Positions 8,967 through 18,678 of a stretch of 64,000 nt of DNA are shown piece by piece. Made by a program: the position numbers and the translations under genes. Below the pieces are notes generated by a model. It was not told the origin of the DNA, did no database searches, and saw only the letters and a list, made by a program, of their open reading frames with translations. Every line of letters starts with the position of its first letter. Within the stretch, counting starts at the first letter, position 1. The stretch covers positions 48,856,001 to 48,920,000 of the forward strand of contig CM097886.1 in assembly GCA_044892525.1 (NCBI GenBank). Reading direction: 5' to 3'. This DNA is from Schmidtea polychroa (Eukaryota).

Positions 8967-11950
8967 GGACACTTTCATTTTTGAGCCAGAGACGGCAATT
9001 ACAAGAAATTACAATATAATGCTGACAGACGAGTGTGTAATTCCAAATAATGGGATAATTCCGATAAGGATCGCGAATTATGAAAGTAATAAAGTAAAAA
9101 TTCACAAAGGTACGAGATTGGGAAAATTGTTCAAAGGTGAACTAGAACAGACAGTTGAAATGTGTGAATCATCAATGGGAAATAACAGTGAACAAGTTGT
9201 CAAACCAAGTAAGACAGATACTATTAAATTATACGACAAAATATAAATTAATAATAACTATTTAAATAAGACACAACAATTTCAATTACAAGCATTAATT
9301 GATGAATATAATGACGTTTTCGCAAAACATGAATTTGACTTAGGAGATACTGACATCATTAAACATGTGATTGATACAGGGAATGCTAGACCAATTAAAC
9401 AGAGACCTTATGGGATACCATATAAACTAAGAGAGGAAATAAAACGACAAATTAAAGAGTTAAAAGAGGCAGGCGTAATAAAACAAAGTTTTTCACAATG
9501 GGCATCACCTATTGTACCAGTTAAAAAGAAAGACGGTGAAATTAGAATGTGCATTGACTATCGTAAACTAAACGACGTAACAGTAAAAGACTCATACCCA
9601 TTTCCAAGAGCGCAAGAACAATATGATAAACTTAGAGATACTAAATATTTCACAGTAATAGATGCAAATAAAGGGTATATGCAAATTCAAATGGAAGAAG
9701 GGGATGCGGAAAAAACAGCTTTTGTTATAGAAGATGGTTTATATGAATACACGAGATTACCTTTTGGGTTAACTAATGCGCCAGCAACATTTCAACGTTT
9801 AATGAACACAATATTAGTAGACGTACAGCACTGCGCAGTATATATGGACGTTGTATTAATATCATCAAAGACATTTGAAGGCCATTTAAAAGACATAACT
9901 AATGTATTACAACGACTAAGAAAGGCAAGGATAAAAATTAAGCCAACTAAATGTAAATGGGCAGAGCCTTCAGCATTATTTTTAGGACATATTGTCACAG
10001 TAGAGGGTATAATACCGAATCCAGATAAAATCGAAGCTGTTAAAAAATTTCCAGTTCCTAAAACATTACAACAAGTACAAGGATTTTTAGGGTTAACAGG
10101 GTACTACCGTAAATTTATACAAGATTACGCCAAAATAGCAGCACCAATGATAGAACTAACAAAGGGAGTAAAAACAAAAGGAGAAAGTAAAGCAATATTA
10201 ATAGTGCTAGAAATTAACGATAAACTCAGTAAACCACAAAAAAGATGGACAAGTGAACATCAAACAGCATTTGATAAATTAAAGGAAAGATTAATAACAG
10301 CACCAATATTACGGTACCCAGACTTTAAAAAACAATTTATCGTTATGACGGACGCCAGCGGGAAAGCCGTCGGGGCAGTCTTAGGACAAGAGGAGGAAAA
10401 GGGTAAAGATTACGTAATAGCATATGCAAGTAAAACATTAAAGGGAGCGCAGCTCAGATACTCTACAATAGAAAAAGAGTGCTATGCCATAGTTTTTGCA
10501 TTAAAACAGTTTAAACCATACATATATGGAACAGAAGTGATAATTAGGACAGATCATAAGCCATTAGAAGGGCTATGGAAGCATAAAGATACATCAAGTA
10601 GACTGCTAAAGTGGGCAATGAAAATACAAGATATGAATATTAAAATCATATACAAACCAGGTAGAATAAATAGAAATTCAGACGCATTATCACGCATTCC
10701 AGAGCTAGGTGCACTCGAAATTTTTGAATTAGTTACCGAAAAACCCTTAGAACTATACGAGGAACAAATAAAAGACCGAGAACTCTTCAAAATAAGAGAG
10801 GAAATTAGAAAAGGTACAAACCAAAAATACAAAATTTGTAAAAAACTAATTATTATTGAGGATTTTAGCGGTAAACAACTGATAGTAGTACCACAAAAGT
10901 TAAGACAAATTCTTTTATTGCAATACCATGATGGTGCGTTAGGAGGTCATTTATCAAGTAGAAAGACAGCAAGTAGATTACTACAAAAATACTATTGGGA
11001 TGATTTAAAGAGAGACGTTAAAAGATGGTGTAATGCATGCACAATATGCGCAACGAGAAAGAATACGGGAACAAAACCAAAGGCACCGTTACACCCAATC
11101 CCAGCTACTACATCACCAATGGAGCTCTGCGCCATGGATTTTTTATGTAGATTGCCGACTACAATTAATGGGAACAAACACATATTCGTTTTTAGCGATT
11201 ACTTCACAAAATGGGCAGAGGCATTTCCAACTAAAGACGAAACAGCAGAAACAGTTGCTAAATTACTCATAGAAAAAATCATATTTAAAATCGGTAGACC
11301 GAGAAGACTATTAACTGACAAAGGGAAAAATTTTATGAGTGAGACAATTAAAAGGGTTGCCACAATTTTTAATATGCATAAAATCAATACAACTGCGTAC
11401 CACCCTCAAACCGATGGATTAGTAGAGAGGTTTAACGGGACATTATTAAGTAGATTAGCGGTTTTTGTGGGAAAAAATCAAAATGACTGGGATGAATATG
11501 TTAGTCAATGCACGTACATTCATAATATTACACCTAATGAAACTACAGGGTACTCACCATATTTCTTAATGTTTTTAAGAGAACCAGCAACACCAATCGA
11601 TACAATTTTTGAACCACGAGTATCACAATATTTAGATGCGCCAGATTACGTAACATTGATGCAAGAACGAATGCAAGAAGTGTATAAAGTAGCTAATCTA
11701 AAAGTAAAATTCAGACAAGAGCAATATAAAGCTGATTACGATAGGACATGTAAACCGCATACTTTTAAAGTGGGAGATAAGGTTAGACTTATGTCACCAC
11801 AAGTAGGAAAAGGAAAAACAACAAAATTAGCAAGACCATTTAAAGGTCCTTACGAGGTAGTAAAAGTAGTGCACGAAAATTTACATTTACAAAGACACAA
11901 AAATGAGGACCCTATCATAGTACATGTTAACAGATGTAAACTTGCAGAAA
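8953..11950 (+). CDS. pol: Pol: linker, reverse transcriptase, RNase H and integrase (HHCC, DDE, GPY/F); frameshift at ~8960, in-frame TAA at 9244
   Basis: SQWASPIVPVKKKDGEIRMCIDYRKLN; LPFGLTNAPATFQRLM; YMDV (degenerate YxDD) at 9841; TDASG...TDHKPL; H-H-C-C; MDF/TDKG/VERFN; KGPY. Confidence 0.96.
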
Positions 11951-13510
11951 CAGAAATAACAGTAGAACCACCCCATAAATACGGTTTACGATCACAGAAA
12001 GGGTTGATGATGTCAACAATTTTTCTAACAATTATTGGACTTGTTAATTCAATCGATATTAAATATTTAACAGAATTAATAGGAGATAAAGAGATCCTAA
12101 TAAACATTTCACCATACGAAATCAATGTATTTAACTTAAATAGAATGCCAATAAGGGATTTATACCTAGAAACAACCAATGATACACCAATCAGACTAAT
12201 GGAGAAAAGGGAAGAAAGATCCACTAATGAATTTGAAGAATGGGATAGCGTTAAATTTATAAACTTAAAACCCAACACAGAATACACCCTATGTGCACAA
12301 TGGAACCTAGAGATGCATACATCACAAATAAAATGTAAAAAAATAGCAACACTACAACTAAAAAAGCAGAAAATAACCAAACGAATTAACATAAGTATAA
12401 TGCTCAAAACAACTATGTCAACTACTACCTTAAGCACAACAACTACTCAAAAAACCGTTCAAACAATAACAAGCACAGATGTAACAACAGAGTACAGAAC
12501 AAGAAAACAAGCACATATAAAATCTATAAGAGCAACACCATGGCAAATAAAGGAAAAAATAAGTTACCAATAGCAATAGCACTAGTATACAAATCTACAA
12601 AAAATACAAGTGGAAACAGCAGCGGTATCGGCACCGACTGGTCAATAGTATACCAGGGCAGTTTCACTTGGACAGAGATATACCAGGGCAATATACAATG
12701 TCCACTTGGGTTTAATAATTTCATAAAATGGTCAATAATATTAAATAAAATCACATATATCAATATTTATAAAGAAAGTGCGTATAAGGTTAAACCCACA
12801 ATGCGCAATCAATATGTATATTTACATTTCCTTTTTAGAACAGAAATCAATAGAATAGCAATATCGACAATGCAATCCAATTTCCCAAACAATCAGTTCA
12901 ACAATCAACAATCAATGAAAAAATATTCATGTACAATCCATAAACATTATCATAGTTTTTATAAGAATCTCCAAAACAAAATCAGTACAGATGGATCACC
13001 CATAACAATTAGAAGCTTCCCAAATCAAGTCTGCATACCCAACGACATGAAAATTGAAATAGAAGAAAGAGAGATGCATTTGATCAAATTCAACGAAGCT
13101 CGAAGAGTCAAGCTAAGAGAGCTGATCGGGACATATGATCGTTACCCTAATGTCGAAAATGCAGTAAGAGAGGGAAAAAAGGTACCACATCGTATCTTAT
13201 TCCATATGACCAAAACAGAGGTCTCAATATGTCAGCAGAAGATTCCAATAATCACAACAAGCAACTGTACAACGGTCATAAAGACCATCAACAACAACCG
13301 AAGCATGCCAAATGACTTCAATGAGCTGACAGTGCAAATGAACAACCTACCCTGCGTAATAGCCATCGAGGTGCTATATATCCCAACAATTCCAAACCCA
13401 TTTAGAGAGCTCCAATTAATTAAATCCAACATCATAATATATCAAGATTTCATAACAAAGAAAGTGTCATTCACACATCAAGATCTCCCCATACCCGAGA
13501 GACAACAGAA
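11951..13510 (+). CDS. Post-integrase extension: hydrophobic signal-like segment, FN3-like motif, Thr-rich tract and unknown domain (frameshift at ~12555)
   Basis: In frame with integrase: LMMSTIFLTIIGLVNS, VKFINLKPNTEYTLCAQW, TTMSTTTLSTTTTQKT. Continues as ORF 12540-13610 if one A is added to the A6 run. Confidence 0.55.
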
Positions 13511-14097
13511 AATTGTATTCGTAGATGTCAAAGAGGTATGCGACTGTCAACAACAACCTCAGACCTGTGGAGGTATGTATCCGAAATTTCCGAGGAGAAA
13601 TTATATATAGAAAACCAATAACACCCCGAACAAAAGTGTGGCACTATTATCCCGAAAAAACAAAAGCAGATCGAGATTCAATCAGAGGGAACGAGGACGA
13701 ATATCGAGCTTTGGTAGATATACAAGATCTACTCCTCGAAAAAATAATAGTGGGTTATGATATCATGACCAAGCTGAGAACTCTGACATTAGATTTATAC
13801 AATATCATGGGAGTGAGGGAGATGGCAGCAGATAGATTTAAGTGCTCATTCGTAAAGAACATCGCACCACACAAAATACGATTATCAAACCTCGCATTCC
13901 AAGTGATAGCAACCCATCAAAAATGGCGAAAGGACAAGAAAATCAATGAGATCCTGAAAAGACCAGAACCATTTTCAACAGAAGATACCACCCTCATTTT
14001 AAAGGTGATTTACCAAATTGTGGAAAAACAATGGGAAGAAGTCATACATTGGGAGATGACACAATTTCAAAAAGACGAAAATAACCAGGGTTATTAA
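13511..14097 (+). CDS. Degenerate REXO4/ISG20-like DEDDh 3'-5' exonuclease fold (frameshift at ~13530)
   Basis: IVFVDVK / RPVEVCIRNFRGEIIYRKPITP / LLLEKIIVGYDI...L / RLSNLA / STEDTTLILKV follows the order of the REX4/ISG20 ExoI, beta-strand, ExoII and ExoIII motifs. Confidence 0.6.
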
Positions 14098-14796
14098 CTC
14101 AGTGAGAGGAGAGAAACCAGTGATGAGCCAGAATCAGACGATGAAGATATATATATCGAGCCATCGCAAGTAGAATTAAAATTTCGAAAAGATGGAAGGC
14201 GGAGAACATGTGAAGACGAGTTAATGGACGACGATAGCGACGACGATCTTATTTTTGTGAAGCAAGAAAATAGTACAATTCAGCCTACAACTATCAAAAG
14301 AGAACCAGGGACTAGCAATAAATTTGGAGAGATACAATGCGACCTGGATTCAGACAAAGAATATTTCTCAATAGAAGAAGAGACGGAGGACGATTATAAA
14401 ATGCAAATAGAAGAAGTAGAGGAGGAATTGGGACCAGAGTTAAATATCGCGTTAGAAGAGCCGAACTTTATAATTGAAAAAGACAAAGGTATGATCTCAG
14501 AGAAAGACATATGTGGTCATTTCGGAAGACGAATTAACGACGGAGACATACTGAATTTGGCCTTGGAAAAAGGATTTCGGAGAACAGTGATGAAAGCAAG
14601 TGATTGTGAGATCGAATTAGTAATCTGCGATAAAGGTAATGAGGACATTACCTTGACGGCCCTGGGAGGAATGTTGGATGACAGGGGTCGAAGAATTGAA
14701 AAATTCGAGTTCACAAAGTATTATCAAACAGGCCCGAATCGATACCGGGTGAATATATTCGCAGAAAGAAGACTGTTCCCAAACAATCAAGCGTGA
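14098..14796 (+). CDS. Acidic C-terminal polyprotein segment reading 125 nt into the 3' LTR
   Basis: Same frame as 13525-14097 across a single TAA; Asp/Glu-rich; stops at TGA 14794-14796 inside the LTR. Confidence 0.65.
   Translation, partial: LSERRETSDEPESDDEDIYIEPSQVELKFRKDGRRRTCEDELMDDDSDDDLIFVKQENSTIQPTTIKREPGTSNKFGEIQCDLDSDKEYFSIEEETEDDYKMQIEEVEEELGPELNIALEEPNFIIEKDKGMISEKDICGHFGRRINDGDILNLALEKGFRRTVMKASDCEIELVICDKGNEDITLTALGGMLDDRGRRIEKFEFTKYYQTGPNRYRVNIFAERRLFPNNQA
14664..14671 (+). promoter_or_regulatory. Polypurine tract
   Basis: GGGAGGAA immediately precedes the TG of the 3' LTR. Confidence 0.75.
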
Positions 14797-15683
14797 TTTA
14801 ACAATTACTATATTAAGAGACAAATGTGATTTAATCTTTCTAACAATAATGAATCTTTGGGATTGTATATTTTATAACAATTTATATCCTCAGCTTTATT
14901 TTACTGTATATGGTATAAGCTGCATATTTTATTTTAGATTGTATCTTTCATTTTTTATATGCTGTATAGATTCACTTTTTATTTTTTATATTGTAGTAAT
15001 TCATATTTTATTTTTACAACGTAGTAATTTATATATCCTTTTGTACAATATATTATAATAATTTATATTTTAATTACATTTAAATAATTCACAAAAAATA
15101 TAAGTTCTGGGTAAATAAAAAGAAAGCAATTTGTTAAATAAATAAGAGAGGCCACAGTTGGGAAATAATCCATATGTGGGTTCTGAGTAAATAAAAAACA
15201 ATTTGTTGAGTAAGCAAGAAAGGTGGTTTTGAGTCCATTTGAATGTAAATATTAAATAAGAAATAAATGGAATTTTATTAAATAAACAAAAATTCAGTAT
15301 ATATGCTGAACCAAAAATCACAAAATTCGCCCAAAAAATAAGCGATTAGTACTGCTTTAGAAGGTAAATCCTTACAAAGCATAAAAATCAGACAGACACT
15401 ACAAAAACGTCGAAAGGTTATCACAAGCAACACAACACGCACATATAACACGCACACACAAAACACAACACGCATCGTGAAAGTAAATCAAAAAGAGTTT
15501 GAAAGAGTTTGGAAACGAGAGATTGATTTTGAAGTTATTCAAGCCGATAATTTGAATTGGTAAAAAATTTTATATTAATAAATTTTAGTTACAAATTTGG
15601 CCTTTGTGTTTTCATATTTATATATTTATATAGTTATAACCAGTGCACGTTGGGTTTCAATAAATATTATTGAGACCTCAACA
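14672..15683 (+). repeat. 3' LTR (1012 bp)
   Basis: Direct repeat of 2305-3316, followed by the TSD AAGT. Confidence 0.97.
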
Positions 15684-17847
15684 AAGTCACCAACAGTTAG
15701 CGATGAAATCTTTAAACCTATCCATACTAAATATGATAATTTACATGAGACAATAGAAAAAATTGCGAAAAAAGCAAATATGCAGGATGCAGAGACGATG
15801 AGACGAGGTAGAGGAAGGCCTCGAAAATCTGAAATAGCCGAAAAGTCAGATGACAGAAAGGCAGCAGAGCGTTTAAGAGATATTGCAAATAATATGAGAC
15901 AAGAGGTTCCAAATAATCAGGATATTGTCAAAGATATAAATATGATAACGGAGTTAGTTGATGCAATGAATATGAGACGATTTCCGGAAGCAAAACCATC
16001 AGCGTTAATAGAAAATATAGTTAAAAAGATTAAATTAATGGAAAAAGAGATGAGAGAATTGAGTGCAGAGAAAGCGGATGAAGAGACAGTGTTAAAGATT
16101 TTATTTACAACAGGAATCAATAGGGATAAAGTGATTACGGCGATGGCATATTTAATAGCAAGTATCAAATAGAAAATATTGCTAAAATGATATATAATAA
16201 ACTAAAGATAGATGCTATGACATGGATAAAATTAAAGGGAGGATGGAAAATACTGTATGATGAGAGCCTAATCGAAAGTGCTAAGGAAAGTGTAAAAGAT
16301 AATATTGTTGAGGTCCGCAAATTAAAATTAATTGAAATGAAATTTATGTTAATAATTTAAATAAAAAGTAAGTGAAGAAAAAGACAAATAAAAGCGGGAT
16401 CATGCATAGAATCGATAGTAAAGGAAAGTGTGATGGAAGCAGTATTAGAAAATGCCAAAAGCAATTACGAAAGGCAAGAATCCGGAAATCCGAGAAAAAT
16501 CAATAAATGGTAAAATCATCGAAATCGAATGGGGAAAACGGGACAGGTATAGAGTAGCTAATGGTCAACAAGATGATGTTTAGGGATTTATCAGAAAATG
16601 GTTAGGAAGGGTCGAAAAGCATTCAAATGTGTGAAAACAGAAAACGTTAATTAATTAATTAATTAATTAGCTAATAGAAAACCCGAGCTAATGGAGAACC
16701 CGAGAGATGAAGGAAACCCGAGCTGGGTAAACAAGAAGAAAAGTAAACAGAAGGAAGATTTGAGCCCATTAGCTTGACACAATGATTAATTGGAAAAGAG
16801 CAAGGAGAAGATAGTGCGTGTAGAAAGGCCAGAAGGGCCATTAATTATCTTGGTTCGTTGGACCATTATGGGTGACAGCCGAAGCAGATACGTGGAAGCA
16901 AATGTCAAGTGAAAGATTGGCTCGGCAATAACCATTTGTCATCCCGATTTCGAGGAGTATATAAGGGAAGGGAAAATCAGAGCAAATTGGCATTTTGCCT
17001 CAGGTAGGGTAAGAAGAAACTGAGCTTAGGAAAAGGTGAAAACGGATCTAGGAGATTAAGGAAAAAGAAAAGATAGAATAAGAATAAAAAGCGTGGAAAG
17101 TGATCAAATCAAACAGAAAAAGAGGAAAACGTTGGTCAAGAGAATCTAAGAAACTAAAAGGTGAATATTATCTTTATCAAAGCATCAACATCAAGCAGAG
17201 AGTCGGTCAAACGGAGTTTTGATTATCAATTGTAAAGGATTGTGAATTTGTTATTTCAATATACGTTGGGTCGTTATTGTTTTTTGATTTAAAGGACACG
17301 AGGAGTCAGAGGGAACCGACTTAAAGTAATTTAAAACCCAACAATATTAATGTAGAAATAGATGATACGGAGGAGACAGTTAAAAATCTAGTAAATAAAA
17401 CAACTATGAGACCAAGTCAAAAAGAAAGAAAGTCGACAATGTCAATAGTAATTATAGTAATAACGTAAACTTAATTGTAAACTTAATAGAGAAATATTAA
17501 GAACAAAGATGGCGGTTGCAGTCACAAACCCAGATTTAATGGCACCAATTTTATTTGCAGAGAAAGGGACATTTGCAAGAGTTGTCGGTGAAGTGATACA
17601 AACATTTCAGTGTAAACCGGTTAGCGTATCTTTAGCAACGAATAATAAGTGCACAAACGAATTACCAGTAGTGTATAAAGGAGAAACTGTATACCTCCAA
17701 CCAATAACACGGATATTAACAGATAAAGACTATGTTCCGAGAAAAATTGATAAATGTACTAATCTATTAGATCCGTTATACAAAATAAATGATGATATAT
17801 ATAAGAACCAGATAAGTTGAGTGTTCCCGAATATCGAGACCTCAACA
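15684..17847 (+). pseudogene. Right part of the decayed relative: AT-hook/Bcl-2-like region, env fragment and LTR 3' end, with large deletions and a solo LTR insertion
   Basis: Rejoins the 1898-2304 frame across the TSD (VAMK-SPTVSDEIFKP). Contains RRGRGRPRK, LFTTGINRDKVITAMAY and WIKLKGGWKILYD. The env fragment at 17509-17793 is 89/95 aa identical to the intact copy. Ends GAGACCTCAACA at 17847. Confidence 0.9.
16306..17343 (+). mobile_element. Solo LTR of a second family ('B')
   Basis: TGTTGAGG...CCCAACA with TSD ATAT; removing it restores the relative's frame (DNI-NVEIDDTEET). Confidence 0.88.
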
Positions 17848-18678
17848 TAAAGAAATTCAAATTTAGAAACAATCTCCATTTTACCTCAGGTAGGGACGAA
17901 CATAAATGACAATAGGTTAAGGGGAAATTGTTAAAATCAGAAGATAGAATGAACGGAACAGAAAAGGATTAACAAAGAAAAGGATCAAATTAAGTCAAGC
18001 GAATTAAGAAAAGAAGTAAATATTATTGTAAAACATGCAGAATCAAAGCGATACTTATCGAATAGTCAGAATGGACATTTTTTGTGATATTCGGAGTTTT
18101 GTAAATTGTAGCTTATAAGATTTTGTATACAAATATACATTGAGTATTGTTTGTCTAATTGTTTTTATAAAAAAGATGAAGTCAGAAACACCGACTTTAA
18201 TATTTATTTATTTGAAAACTCAACACATTCAACATTGCTTCAAAATACTTAATTTAATTAGTGGGCAGTAAATTTAACTTAATTTTAATTTTAGTAATGA
18301 CAGTTATATATCTTACTCTATAATTAAAATCTTTTATCATTTCACCTTTGATTAATTTGGATCTTCGATTTCCTTTATCTTCAGTTCATCTTCGACAAAA
18401 ATTTGATACACTATCTGAAAAGAAATTAAATTAAAAATTAAAATTAGTATATTTTGAAAGTAAATATATATATAGACGATTTTAATGCGTTTTTAATATA
18501 AAACTGAAATGTTTCTTCATTGTCCTGTAAGTACTAAGATTTTCTTTAAGTTTATAAATCTATTTTCTCCTTAAATCCAAATTTTAAAATTATTTAAATT
18601 TGTTTTTATTTTAAGGCTTTTTAAAGTATAAAAATTATTTTTAAATTTTAATTATTTTTTAGTAAAATAAATTGACCA

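Larger units (their letters stand above)
2305..15683 (+). mobile_element. Full-length Ty3/gypsy LTR retrotransposon / endogenous retrovirus-like element (13,379 bp) with an internal class III env and accessory domains
   Basis: Paired TG...CA LTRs; 4-bp TSD AAGT (2301-2304 and 15684-15687); PBS; PPT; gag and PR-RT-RH-IN domain order. Confidence 0.97.

Noticed and set aside
8967-9243. dUTPase between protease and RT
   Set aside because: The beta-rich segment (IPIRIANY...KGTRLG) resembles the common gypsy PR-RT linker; none of the five dUTPase catalytic motifs is recognisable.
5317-14097. Genetic-code reassignment (TGA/TAA read as sense) to explain the in-frame stops
   Set aside because: Host genes here end normally in TGA or TAG, both TGA and TAA occur as interruptions, and frameshifts are also present; decay or assembly error is simpler.
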